Positions 9,572-19,283 of a DNA stretch of 64,000 nucleotides are shown here, in pieces (positions within the stretch are counted from its first letter, which is position 1; every line of letters begins with the position of its first letter). Under the pieces are notes generated by a model. It saw only the letters and a list, made by a program, of their open reading frames with translations, made no database searches and was not told where the DNA came from. Made by a program: the position numbers and the translations under genes. Source of the DNA: an uncultured delta proteobacterium (GTDB lineage Bacteria > Desulfobacterota > Binatia > UBA9968); contig CAVYTU010000017.1 in assembly GCA_963771465.1 (NCBI GenBank), positions 544,001-608,000 of the forward strand, read 5' to 3'.

Positions 9572-9937
9572 ATGGCGAAGATCAGGCATATCGCGATCAA
9601 AGTTGAAGATCAGGAGAAGACCGCCGAATTTTACAAGAAAACTTTCGGCATGACCGAAGCATGGCGCGGGCCGGTGCGCGACGACGGCAATCGGGCGATC
9701 TATCTCACCGACGGTTACATCAACATGGCGGTCTTGCCGGCGCGCGGCGGACGCGAAGGCATCGATCACTTCGGCTTCCAAGTTGAAAACATGGACGAGA
9801 CGCTCAATGTGGCGCAGGCCTCCGGCGCAAAAGCCGGCGCGGAGAAAAAACCGAAAGACGGCCGCTTCGCAGAAATGGGCGTGCACGATCCGGTCGGCCA
9901 ACTCGTCGATGTCACGGTGCATGGTTGGAAAGCGTAA
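9572..9937 (+). CDS. VOC family protein
   Basis: IRHIAI, YLTDGYINMAVL, GIDHFGFQV, HDPVGQLVDVT. Confidence 0.87.
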   Translation: MAKIRHIAIKVEDQEKTAEFYKKTFGMTEAWRGPVRDDGNRAIYLTDGYINMAVLPARGGREGIDHFGFQVENMDETLNVAQASGAKAGAEKKPKDGRFAEMGVHDPVGQLVDVTVHGWKA

Positions 9938-9949
9938 GGGATATATTCA

Positions 9950-9988
9950 ACCAAGCTTTTGCTCGCCCATGGCGGGATCGGTAATTAG
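9950..9988 (+). pseudogene. Short remnant of an SBP gene paralogous to 10240-11235
   Basis: Encodes TKLLLAHGGIGN* versus TKLLLAHGAISN at 10318-10353; 30 of 36 nt identical by manual alignment. Confidence 0.65.
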
Positions 9989-10239
9989 CTGTCCCATCCG
10001 CGCTTACACAGCGCTTGCCACGGCTCACGATGTTGATATTTTGCCGGCATCGGATTGCCGAGTGAGAATGCACTACCTTAATGGCAAGCTTCAAAACTAA
10101 GCCGAATTATGCAGCCAAGGCCGGGCGCGGCTTGATTGTCGGCGCGCCCAGGTCGGCTGCTATGGACAATTTACACACGGATAAGTTTATTTGACTGATG
10201 CGAGGGTCGCGAGAAGTCCTGTAGTCGTTCAGGAGGAAT

Positions 10240-11235
10240 ATGAAAGTTCCTGCCATCGTAGGCGCGGCTGTTATTTATATTTTGACGGCGCTGGTTTTGC
10301 CGCTCGGCGCCGCCGATACCAAGCTCCTGCTCGCCCACGGCGCGATCAGTAACAACGTCGCGCCTTGGTGGATCGCCAAGGAGCAGGGGATTTTTAAGAA
10401 GTATGGGATCGACGCTGACCTGGTGTTCATCATCGCCGGGCGAGCGATGCAGGCGATGTTGGCCGGGCAAGTTTTGGTTGGAATGGTTGGCGGCACCCAT
10501 GTGACCAACGCCAACACGGGCGGCGGCGATTTCGCGATGATCCTCGGCGTGGAAAACAAGCTCGATTATATCTTCGTTGCCAAGCCGACAGTGAAGAGCG
10601 GCGAAGATTTGAAGGGCAAGAAAGTAGCGATCGGCACACCGGCCGGCTCAGCTTCGATGGCGACCTATGTGGCCCTCGATCATCTCGGTCTGGTGCCGCG
10701 CCGCGATAATATCGTACTGCTCGGCATCGGTGGCGTGCCGGAGCGGATGGGCGCGCTGCGCGCCGGCAGCGTCGAGGCGACCAGTCTATCGCCGGAAATC
10801 GGACAAGTCGTCGTCAGCGAAGGTTATCGAGTCTTGGTCGACTTGGGCAAAGAGAGCGTGCCGTTTCAGTCCTCCGGTGTTGTCGTGGCGCGGAGCTTGA
10901 TCAAAACCAATCCACAGCTGGTCGAGAGCATCGCTAGGGCAACGGCCGAAGGCGTCGCGTTCGTTCATAAGCCGGCAAACAAAGAGATCGTCGTGCGCAG
11001 TCTCGGCCGCAACCTTCGCTTAGCGCCCGACCGCGCAGAGAATGCCTATCACGGTTTGATCGCGGCTTTGCCGCGCCGGCCTTGCCCCTCAATGGAAGGC
11101 GTGGCGTCGATGTTGAAATTAATGGCGCAGCACGGTCTCAATGCCAAAGCGGCGCAGGTTAAAGCGGAGGAATTGGTCGACATGAGTTACTGCAAGCGGT
11201 TTGAGGATAGCGGCTTCTTCAAGAGTCTGTACTGA
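10240..11235 (+). CDS. ABC solute-binding protein, SsuA/NMT1-like
   Basis: AGGAGG RBS; signal peptide; WIAKEQGIFKKYG, DLKGKKVAIG, EDSGFFKSLY. Confidence 0.88.
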   Translation: MKVPAIVGAAVIYILTALVLPLGAADTKLLLAHGAISNNVAPWWIAKEQGIFKKYGIDADLVFIIAGRAMQAMLAGQVLVGMVGGTHVTNANTGGGDFAMILGVENKLDYIFVAKPTVKSGEDLKGKKVAIGTPAGSASMATYVALDHLGLVPRRDNIVLLGIGGVPERMGALRAGSVEATSLSPEIGQVVVSEGYRVLVDLGKESVPFQSSGVVVARSLIKTNPQLVESIARATAEGVAFVHKPANKEIVVRSLGRNLRLAPDRAENAYHGLIAALPRRPCPSMEGVASMLKLMAQHGLNAKAAQVKAEELVDMSYCKRFEDSGFFKSLY

Positions 11236-11261
11236 AGCGAAAAACATGGAGTGATGGATCG

Positions 11262-12290
11262 TTGCTGAAGTCGATAAAAAAATCTCGCTTGGTTTGGTTT
11301 TTAGTTCTTACGGCGCTAGCTGTTACCGTTGGTCCGGTAAGCGCCCAGCAACTCGAGACTCTGAACGTCTCTTATGCTTCGGTCACCGGTAGCCGGATTC
11401 CGCTTTGGATCGCTAAGGACGCCGGTTTGTTCGAGAAGTATGGGCTCAACGTCAATCTCGTCGTCATCGCCGCGGGTAATGCCGCCATCGGCGCGTTGGC
11501 AAGCGGCGATGTGGAAATTCTCGGCGCGCCGGGCGCAACGACGATGGTTTCCGCCGCCAAAGGATTGCCGTTGGCGATCATCGGCACGTTTGGGCCGGCG
11601 GCTTGGAAGCTGGCGGCGCATCCGTCGATTACGTCAGCCCAGGATTTGCGCGGCAAGACCGTTGGCATCAGCAGACCGGGCACGACCATCGATTTTGCCA
11701 CCAAGCGTGCGCTGCAGAAGCTCGGCTACACGCCGGGCAGCGACGTCAGCATTCTCGCCACCGGTCTGGCGGAATCGAACAAGCGCATCGCGGTGATGTT
11801 GCAAGGCAGATTCGACGCCACACTGGTGAGCCCGGACAATCTTTTCGAAGCCGAGGCGCGGGGCTGGAAATTGTCGATTATCGCCGACCTGAAGGAGTTG
11901 GGCATTATCACCAGCGCCAGCGACCTATCCGCGAAGCGCGAGTTCTTGAAGAATCAGCGCCAGAAGGCGCGGGCATTCATGATGGCGTACTGCGAAGGCA
12001 TCTGGTACGGCAAGGCGAATCGGAATGCGGCGCTGGCAAGCTTTCGCAAGCACATGCGTGAGACCGACGCACGCCGTCTGGAAGCGCTCCATAAAAATTA
12101 CATTGTTGACTTTCTACCGCTGAAACCATTTCCCATGGAAGAGGTGATCCAAGCTGATATCGATAATCTGACACCGACTACGCCTGAGTTTCGCGGCAAG
12201 AGAGTCGCGGACTTCATCGACAAGTCGATTCTTCTAGACCTGGAGCGCGAAGGCTTTTTCACTCAGCTCGCGAGTAAGTACGGCAAGTAG
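11262..12290 (+). CDS. ABC solute-binding protein, SsuA/NMT1-like
   Basis: Signal peptide; PLWIAKDAGLFEKYGL, DLRGKTVGISRPG, LEREGFF. Confidence 0.88.
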   Translation: MLKSIKKSRLVWFLVLTALAVTVGPVSAQQLETLNVSYASVTGSRIPLWIAKDAGLFEKYGLNVNLVVIAAGNAAIGALASGDVEILGAPGATTMVSAAKGLPLAIIGTFGPAAWKLAAHPSITSAQDLRGKTVGISRPGTTIDFATKRALQKLGYTPGSDVSILATGLAESNKRIAVMLQGRFDATLVSPDNLFEAEARGWKLSIIADLKELGIITSASDLSAKREFLKNQRQKARAFMMAYCEGIWYGKANRNAALASFRKHMRETDARRLEALHKNYIVDFLPLKPFPMEEVIQADIDNLTPTTPEFRGKRVADFIDKSILLDLEREGFFTQLASKYGK

Positions 12291-12398
12291 CGGCGGGATC
12301 GGAAGGTAAGAGTAGGAGTTGGGGAAAGCCCGCTCAACGCACCGCGCTATAATCGAAGTGCGAATGAGATTGTCGCTGTTGGTGACCGGCCGCATCCT

Positions 12399-14132
12399 TC
12401 ATCGAATGAGGGTGACCAGGGAGTAGTCGTCGAATTCCGCCAATGTGTTGGTGACAACGTTGTGCGTGTCCCTTAGCTGCTTGAGACTCCTTGTTTTGAC
12501 GATAATTTTGAGCGGCTGACCGGCTTGTCGTGTCGCTTGGGCGAACTCCGCAAAAGTAAATAGTACCTGGCCATAACCAGCAACCGGCGGCGGTTGCTTT
12601 TGCGCGATGTAGATATTGTCCATGATAATCTTCTTGGTCCCTGACCAGACTATCCAAATCGGCTGTTCAATGCGTAGATAAAACGGTATGCCGGTGAGGT
12701 AGTCTTCATAGTCGACGATCCGGTCGCCGGGACTGAGGAACTGCGCAAAATGGCTGGCCATCGGCTTGGCGCTGCGGTCATTGGAGAATTGAGCCATCAT
12801 CTGCACCATCGACATCAAGTACACAAATACCGCGGCGCCGTAGCAGCCGAAGATAAAACCCGCTTGGCGCCACCGGCCGCGCTCCCGGCCAAAAAAAAAT
12901 ATCGCGATGATGATCGCGCTCAATATCCCAGCCGGCCAGACAATCGTGGCCACGGCGTCCATGCCGTTCCGAATCGAGTGCGGTAGCGCGTCGCGCCAAA
13001 GGATTCCGACCATGAGATAGCCGATGGCGCCGAAGTTAACCAAGAGCGGCAGGCTGAGCTGCCATCTGGCGGCGCCATCCGAGTCGTGCACGATCTCTCG
13101 AAGTTGGCGTGCAGCGAGGATTGCCAGCGGCGGAAATATCGGCAGCACATAGTGCGGCAGCTTGGAACTCGACAGGGAGAAAAAAAACACCGGCAAAACG
13201 ATCCAAAGCAGCAAAAAAAGATCGTCCTCGGCGATGCTCTTTTTCCAACGGGCAGCAACGAAGGCAGGGATGAATACGCTCCACGGCAAGAAACCGACGG
13301 TGACGACCAAGAAGAAATAATACCAGGGTTGACTGCGATGAAAGTAGGGCGTGAAAAAACGCAGGAAATTTTCCTCCCACAGAAAGTAGCGCAGATAACC
13401 GGGATTCCTGAACTCCGCCCAGAAATAAACCGGGACAACGATGGCGCAAAATACGAACACGCCCAGGATGAGGTGAATCTCGCCGAGGAGACGCCATTTC
13501 CGGGAGAACAGCAAATAACAAAAGATCACCATGCCGGGGATGGCGATGCCGATGGGCCCCTTCACTAGTGTGGCCACAGCGATCGCCGCATACATGATCA
13601 GACAACGGCAGAGCCGGGCGCGCGAATTCTCGGTCGTTGCCACGCGGTAGAACTCAAACAAGGCGATGGTCGTGAATAGCGTTAACGTCATGTCGAAGAT
13701 GACGATGCGGGCGTAGATAAAAAACTGCAACGAAGTGGCGAGAATCAAGACACTAGCGAAACTCTCCCATTGACTCCAGTGGGCGCGCACAAAGCGGAAG
13801 AGAATAAATAAGCATCCGAGCGCCGCCAACGCTGACGGTAAACGAGCCGACCATTCCGAGATGCCGAAAAGCTTGTACGAGATCGCAATTAACCAGTAAA
13901 AGAATATCGGTTTGTCGAGGGCGGGTAGAAAGTTCTCATGGGGGATCGCCCAATTGCCGAGCAGTAGAATTTCTCTGGCGCGCTCGGCATTGCGCCCTTC
14001 ATCGGGTTCGAATAGCGCTGTGGCGCCCAAATTGACGAAGAATAACAAACAGCAACCGACAGCGAGCAGCCAAGTCAAGCGTCGGTCCGTTATCAACGAA
14101 TTCGCGTTAGGCGTCTGAGTAGCGTGCTTCAA
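12399..14132 (-). CDS. ArnT-like glycosyltransferase family 39 (lipid-linked sugar transferase)
   Basis: EPDEGRNAERARE, DKPIFFYW, EWSARLPSA, KGPIG, SSKLPHYVLP motifs; multi-TM. Substrate (L-Ara4N or other) not determinable. Confidence 0.88.
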   Translation of the reverse strand: MKHATQTPNANSLITDRRLTWLLAVGCCLLFFVNLGATALFEPDEGRNAERAREILLLGNWAIPHENFLPALDKPIFFYWLIAISYKLFGISEWSARLPSALAALGCLFILFRFVRAHWSQWESFASVLILATSLQFFIYARIVIFDMTLTLFTTIALFEFYRVATTENSRARLCRCLIMYAAIAVATLVKGPIGIAIPGMVIFCYLLFSRKWRLLGEIHLILGVFVFCAIVVPVYFWAEFRNPGYLRYFLWEENFLRFFTPYFHRSQPWYYFFLVVTVGFLPWSVFIPAFVAARWKKSIAEDDLFLLLWIVLPVFFFSLSSSKLPHYVLPIFPPLAILAARQLREIVHDSDGAARWQLSLPLLVNFGAIGYLMVGILWRDALPHSIRNGMDAVATIVWPAGILSAIIIAIFFFGRERGRWRQAGFIFGCYGAAVFVYLMSMVQMMAQFSNDRSAKPMASHFAQFLSPGDRIVDYEDYLTGIPFYLRIEQPIWIVWSGTKKIIMDNIYIAQKQPPPVAGYGQVLFTFAEFAQATRQAGQPLKIIVKTRSLKQLRDTHNVVTNTLAEFDDYSLVTLIR

Positions 14133-14382
14133 AGTGAAAAGTCTGGAAGGGCCTGAAATGAATCGTGCTCGGCGAAATGAGTAAACCGACTATAGCGGTA
14201 ATCACCGGGTGTGGCTAGTCACCGTGGGCAATTTTTCCGCCGGTATCGCTGCCCTGAGTCATTGTTGAACTGCCGTTTTGATTCAAGCCGATTGTTCGAA
14301 GGAGCGAGATGTTGGTTGAAAAGGCCAGCTTGATCGGATAATTGATTCTGATTGTTTAGCCGAAAGAGGAGAGTTTTACTGT

Positions 14383-15993
14383 ATGCCGTATATGGATTTG
14401 CATCAGCACCTCAAGAATCTCGAGGCGCACGGCCTGTTACGAAGGATCACCAGGCTGATTAACAAGGACACAGAACTCCATCCGTTAGTTCGTTGGCAGT
14501 ATCGTGGATTGGCGGAAGAGGATCGCCGGGCGTGGTTATTTGAAAACGTCACCGACGCCAAGGGGCGCAAGTACGATATGCCGGTGGTCGTCGGCGCCTT
14601 GGCGGGGAAGCCGGAGATCTACTATCTCGGCATGGGCTGCAACAGCGGCGAGGAGATGGACGCGCTTTGGAAAAAGGCATTGGCGGAACCTATAAATCCA
14701 GTCACGGTGACCCAAGCGAAATGCCAGGATGTGGTGATTCAAGGCGCCGAATTGGACAAGGAAGGCAACGCTTTGGACCGCTTCCCAGTGCCGATCTCGA
14801 CGCCGGGTTTTGACAACGGGCCGTACACGACTTGCTCGCACTGGATCACCGCGGATCTCGACACCGGGATTCAAAATATCGGCAACTACCGCGGTGAGAT
14901 CAAAGCCGGCCGGCGCGTCGGCGTGTTTCCTTCGGGATTAGGTCAAGACATCTACATCCATTGGCAGAAGGCGGTGCAGAAGGGCGTGCATTTGCCCGCT
15001 GCGCTCGTGATCGGCGCACCGCCGATCGTGTCCTATGTTTCGGTGCAAAAGATTCCTTACGGCGTCGATGAGATGGGTGTGGCCGGCGGCCTCGCTGGCG
15101 AGCCGATCCCAATGGTCAAGTGCAAGACTCACGACATCATGGTGCCGGCCGACGCCGAGATCGTCATCGAGGGCTATTTGAATACCGAGTATATCGAGCC
15201 CGAAGGTCCGTTCGGCGAGTCGCATGGCTATATGCATCCGCGCCAGCTCAATCCATTCATGGACGTGACCGCGATCACGCACCGCAAAGACGCGATCTAT
15301 ACTTCGTGGCTGAGCCAATTGACACCGAGCGAGTCCTCGGTCATTCGAAAGATCGGCTACGACCGCTTGATGCTCGTCCATCTGCGCGATGAATGCCGCA
15401 TTACATCGGTATTGCGCGTGGAAATGCATGAGCCGCTGACCAACACTTATAAATTAGTCATCATTCAGATGCGCCGGCCCAACGAAGCCGAAGTGTGGCG
15501 CGCACTGCACGCCGCCTGCTCGTTTCATCCCGGCGTCGGCAAGATCGTCGTCGCGGTCGATGAGGACATCGACCCGTCCAACGAAGCCGCGGTCTTCTGG
15601 GCCATGTGTTACCGCATGAAGCCGCATAAGGATGTCCATATCGTTCCCGGCATGGAAAAGGGCCATGCTCCACCGTTTCTTTACGAGCATGAAGTCAAGG
15701 GCACCGACGTGGTGTCATACCATTTGCCGGCAGATGAATCGGCGATGCTTTGCAACGCGATCTTGAAAGAACCGTTCCCGCCGGTGTCGCTGCCCAAGCG
15801 CGAGTACATGGAGAACGCGCGCAAAATTTGGGAGGAATTAGAGTTGCCTAAGCTTCGTCCGCAGATGCCGTGGTTCGGCTACTCGCTCGGCCAGTGGAGC
15901 GACGAACTCGATCAAGAAGCCGAGCTCGCTGTCCAAGGCCGCCACTTCGAAACCGGCGAAAAATTAAAAAAAGGACGAGTTAAAGTCAGATAG
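14383..15993 (+). CDS. UbiD family prFMN-dependent (de)carboxylase
   Basis: QNIGNYR (catalytic Arg), PADAEIVIEG, EPEGPFGESHGY (E-x4-E), VAVDEDIDP. Confidence 0.92.
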   Translation: MPYMDLHQHLKNLEAHGLLRRITRLINKDTELHPLVRWQYRGLAEEDRRAWLFENVTDAKGRKYDMPVVVGALAGKPEIYYLGMGCNSGEEMDALWKKALAEPINPVTVTQAKCQDVVIQGAELDKEGNALDRFPVPISTPGFDNGPYTTCSHWITADLDTGIQNIGNYRGEIKAGRRVGVFPSGLGQDIYIHWQKAVQKGVHLPAALVIGAPPIVSYVSVQKIPYGVDEMGVAGGLAGEPIPMVKCKTHDIMVPADAEIVIEGYLNTEYIEPEGPFGESHGYMHPRQLNPFMDVTAITHRKDAIYTSWLSQLTPSESSVIRKIGYDRLMLVHLRDECRITSVLRVEMHEPLTNTYKLVIIQMRRPNEAEVWRALHAACSFHPGVGKIVVAVDEDIDPSNEAAVFWAMCYRMKPHKDVHIVPGMEKGHAPPFLYEHEVKGTDVVSYHLPADESAMLCNAILKEPFPPVSLPKREYMENARKIWEELELPKLRPQMPWFGYSLGQWSDELDQEAELAVQGRHFETGEKLKKGRVKVR

Positions 15994-16034
15994 TTTGAGA
16001 TCATAGATTGTTGAACGTCTTCTAGCTCGGAGAG

Positions 16035-17288
16035 TTACGACCGATAGCGCCATAGCTGTGGGATGGCGAGGCAGATGGCGAGAATCATCAAAAAACACAG
16101 GCCGCTGCCGAAGAGCAATGCGTTCGGCGCGCCCAGGTGTTGGGCGGCTATGCCGGCGAGCAGCGCGCCCAAACCATTGGTTGTTTGAGCGAACACGGTG
16201 ATCAAGCTCGCGGCGCGGCCGAGCATGCCGTCGGGCGCCAAAAGCTGAACCACCGTGCGCCGAATCGCGACGCTGATCGAATCGGCGAATCCCAAAATCG
16301 CCACCGCGACTACCGCCATCGCAAACGTTTCTGAGATTCCCAATAGTGCCAGCGCGCCGGCGAAGAATAGCGCGGCGATGATGACGAGCACGCCTTTGCG
16401 CTTGACGTTGCCGGCCATGAGTAAAGCGAGGGTGCCGAGAAGCGACCCGACGGATGGCGCCGCGTATAACAAGCCGAGGCCGGTGGCGCCGGTCTTGAAT
16501 ACGTCGGCGGCGAAGATCGGCAGGATCGGCCGATAAAAACCGACCAGCACGACGGCGAAATCGAGCAGAAAAAGTGAAAGTATGATGCGCTGAATCCAAA
16601 TGAACTCGATGCCTTCGACGATGCTTCGTAAATTCACCTGGCGGCGCGGACCTTCGATCTTGCCCGATGTGCGTACCGAAAAGATCGCCATCGCTGCGGG
16701 GACAAACAGCAGCGTGCTGGTGAAATAGGCCGTGGCCAGGCCGCCGTGTTCGATCAAGAAGCCGCCGATAGTCGGTCCGATGAGAAAGCTGGTTTGCAGG
16801 ATCGTCGTATTGACCACCATCGCGTTCATTAGCATGGACTGCGGCACCAGGCGCGGAATCAGCGCCGCGCGCGCCGGCCAATTAAAAACTTCGACAAACG
16901 AGCCGAGCAAACCGAGGGCGTAGATATGCCACACCTGGATGGCGCCGGTTACGGTGAGGAACCCAAGACAGAGGTTCGGCACCAATTGCAGCAGGATGCT
17001 CGCCACCAGTAGTTTCTTGCGATCGAAGGCGTCGGCCACGGCGCCGGCATAAAGACCGAAGATGATGAACGGCAAGGTCTCGAGAAAACCGGTGAGCCCG
17101 AGATTAAATGCCGAGCCGGAGATGTCGTAGACCTGGTACAGTGTTGAAACGTTGCGAATCTGCCCGGCGAGGGAACTCAATAAACTGGCGATCCAAAGCA
17201 ATCGATAGTCGCGGATCAGCAGCGCCGACCAAGGCCGGACGGGTTTTTCGGGATCCGAGCTGGAATTTATTTCAGCGGAATTTGCCAA
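16035..17288 (-). CDS. MFS transporter, EntS/MFS_3-like
   Basis: RDYRLLW, GAVADAFDRKKLL, PARAALIPRLVP; about 12 TM; start codon uncertain. Confidence 0.85.
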   Translation of the reverse strand: MANSAEINSSSDPEKPVRPWSALLIRDYRLLWIASLLSSLAGQIRNVSTLYQVYDISGSAFNLGLTGFLETLPFIIFGLYAGAVADAFDRKKLLVASILLQLVPNLCLGFLTVTGAIQVWHIYALGLLGSFVEVFNWPARAALIPRLVPQSMLMNAMVVNTTILQTSFLIGPTIGGFLIEHGGLATAYFTSTLLFVPAAMAIFSVRTSGKIEGPRRQVNLRSIVEGIEFIWIQRIILSLFLLDFAVVLVGFYRPILPIFAADVFKTGATGLGLLYAAPSVGSLLGTLALLMAGNVKRKGVLVIIAALFFAGALALLGISETFAMAVVAVAILGFADSISVAIRRTVVQLLAPDGMLGRAASLITVFAQTTNGLGALLAGIAAQHLGAPNALLFGSGLCFLMILAICLAIPQLWRYRS

Positions 17289-17351
17289 CGAGATGAAAAT
17301 GGGTGCGGAAGATTAGCGCTACTATAACGCGTGGAATAATGAAAAGCGACA

Positions 17352-17396
17352 CGGCGCGCGCCAGACGGTTGCTGAATAGTCGTCTGGCGCGCGCCG
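17352..17396 (-). terminator. Strong hairpin after the DLH-DUF6295 operon
   Basis: 16-bp perfect inverted repeat CGGCGCGCGCCAGACG / CGTCTGGCGCGCGCCG with 13-nt loop; followed by TGTCGCTTTTC on the minus strand. Confidence 0.65.
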
Positions 17397-17403
17397 GATA
17401 GGA

Positions 17404-17694
17404 TTAGGAATGTGCGGTCTGGAGTCGGTCTTCTGCCACGCCCTGTTTTTCCGCCTGAGCTAGAACTGCTTCGATAGTTTGAACCAGCTTGCGCGCGGCG
17501 TCGATGCTGAGTTCGACGGCGACACGGGCACCTGGCCCTTGAGCTTCGTTGACGAAGTCGATATTGAGCGCGTGCTCGAGCGGCAGGTCATACGGATGAT
17601 CGTAGGACACGTTCGCTTCGCGCACTTCAAACCAATCCTCACCACTTTTGCCGCGCCCTTCGATCTTCGCTTGATGAGTAATCATCGTGCACAT
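17404..17694 (-). CDS. Small conserved protein, DUF6295-like
   Basis: MCTMI...YDHP...EHALNIDFVNEAQGPGARVAVELS pattern recognised from memory; AGGAG RBS. Confidence 0.7.
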   Translation of the reverse strand: MCTMITHQAKIEGRGKSGEDWFEVREANVSYDHPYDLPLEHALNIDFVNEAQGPGARVAVELSIDAARKLVQTIEAVLAQAEKQGVAEDRLQTAHS

Positions 17695-17716
17695 GGTTCG
17701 ATTCTCCTTTCACCGG

Positions 17717-18472
17717 TTACTTAAGATTCTTTTCCAGGAAAGCGAGAACTTTTTTCCAGCCATCCACTGCTTGTTCCTGACGATACGCCGGACGGTCGTA
17801 GTAGAAAAAGCCATGGCCGGCGCCGTCGTAGCGGTGAAAAACATAATTCTTGCCGTGCTTCTTGAGCTCCTCTTCATGTCGATTTACCTGATCCGGCGCC
17901 GGCGATTTGTCGTCGTTGCCGAAAATGCCAATCATTGGGCACGGCAGATCTTTGGTATAATCGATGGGCGCGACTGGACGCTTCGGCGTTAGCTCCTCCG
18001 GTTTTTGCACGACGTTGCCGCCCCAGCATTCGACCAAGGCGTCATAGTTCTTGTTTTTGCACGCGGCGAGAAAACCGTGTCGGCCTCCGGAGCAAGTGCC
18101 AAAAACGCCGACCTTGCCGCTGACGTAAGGCAGTGAACGCAACAGTTTATTGGCGCCGTCGAGGTCGCCGAGCACTTGATCATCGGGTACGCCGCCGGCG
18201 GCACGCACTTTGGCGCCGACATCTTCCGCTGTGCCGTGGCCGTCGCGGAAGTAAAGGTTGGGCGAAATCGTTACGTAGCCGTTATGGGCAAACTTGCGGG
18301 TACATTCACGATACCACTCGTCCCAGCCGGGCGCATGGTGGATCAAAACCATGCCGGGAAAGGGTCCGGCGCCGAGCGGGCGGGCGCTGTACGCGTTGAT
18401 CGTGTCACCTTTGTATCCTTGCATGGTGATCGTTTCGGCGATCATGCCTTCGTATTGGTTAGTCTGATACAT
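17717..18472 (-). CDS. Dienelactone hydrolase family protein
   Basis: GTCSGG nucleophile elbow, GNDD, YDGAGHGFF (Cys-Asp-His triad); AGGAGG RBS. Confidence 0.9.
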   Translation of the reverse strand: MYQTNQYEGMIAETITMQGYKGDTINAYSARPLGAGPFPGMVLIHHAPGWDEWYRECTRKFAHNGYVTISPNLYFRDGHGTAEDVGAKVRAAGGVPDDQVLGDLDGANKLLRSLPYVSGKVGVFGTCSGGRHGFLAACKNKNYDALVECWGGNVVQKPEELTPKRPVAPIDYTKDLPCPMIGIFGNDDKSPAPDQVNRHEEELKKHGKNYVFHRYDGAGHGFFYYDRPAYRQEQAVDGWKKVLAFLEKNLK

Positions 18473-18590
18473 AGAACGCTCCTCCTTTGGATTTTCATCT
18501 GCCCTCTTAGTACGAAACCAGCCATCGGCGCAACTGGTCGGCGCGGAAAAGTGGGCTATCCATCGTTTACGTTGAACCCCAGAATGGGGG

Positions 18591-18620
18591 TTGCACGGGT
18601 ACAGCGATTTAGGGTAAGCT
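18591..18620 (+). promoter_or_regulatory. Putative sigma70 promoter giving a ~190-nt leader for the RRM gene
   Basis: TTGCAC-18 nt-TAAGCT. Confidence 0.35.
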
Positions 18621-18813
18621 TTTTGTACACTTCAGTATGGGGCCTTCTGATAGTGCCGATGAAAAGTAGAGTTGAAGGTCTAGGGCGTCTTCCCTTGCGA
18701 TTCGGTGCCACGCGGACCAACCGACCAGAGCGTGTCTATCTTTCCATGTTCTGCTTCCAGCCGTGATCAGGTTCTCAAGGAAAAGACCACAAACTTTCTC
18801 ATAAGGAGAGGAC

Positions 18814-19140
18814 ATGAGCAGTAAAATTTATGTTGGTGGATTGCCCTACGCGACCACTGATGCGCAACTCCAGGATCTATTTTCCACCCATGGGACCGTC
18901 GAGTCGGCCCGCGTGATCACGGACAAGTTCACGGGCCGTTCGCGCGGCTTCGGATTTGTCGAAATGGCGTCCAATGAAGAAGCTCAGAAGGCGATTCAGG
19001 CGCTTAACGGCACCGACCTTGACGGCCGCAACTTGACCGTGAACGAGGCCCGCCCGCAGGAAAAACGTGCCGGTGGGGGCGGTTTCGGTGACCGGGGTGG
19101 TGAGCGACGTGGCGGCGGCGGTGGCCGTAATCGCTGGTAG
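18814..19140 (+). CDS. RRM RNA-binding protein with Gly/Arg-rich tail
   Basis: RNP2 IYVGGL, RNP1 RGFGFVEM, LTVNEARP, GGGG-rich C-terminus. Confidence 0.95.
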   Translation: MSSKIYVGGLPYATTDAQLQDLFSTHGTVESARVITDKFTGRSRGFGFVEMASNEEAQKAIQALNGTDLDGRNLTVNEARPQEKRAGGGGFGDRGGERRGGGGGRNRW

Positions 19141-19163
19141 TTTTTAGCTGCTAAATCTGATCG

Positions 19164-19197
19164 AAAGGGGCGCTAGGTCGGGGCGCCCTTTTTTTTT
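19164..19197 (+). terminator. Rho-independent terminator
   Basis: AAAGGGGCGC-loop-GCGCCC followed by T9. Confidence 0.85.
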
Positions 19198-19283
19198 GCC
19201 CAGTTCTACGAAGAATCACGCTTACGACGCTCGCGAATTATTTCCCCAGGCCGAGCGCCCAAGTTTTTGTTCGCTTCAACGGT

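Noticed and set aside
12891-12899. A9 tract (and A-runs near 13180-13218) in the ArnT-like gene as a phase-variation switch
   Set aside because: In frame and explained by consecutive Phe codons in TM helices; no evidence of variation
14383-15993. Gene symbols ubiD, and likewise arnT, prpD, bbsEF and kynB for other genes
   Set aside because: Family membership is clear, but pathway context for those specific functions is missing
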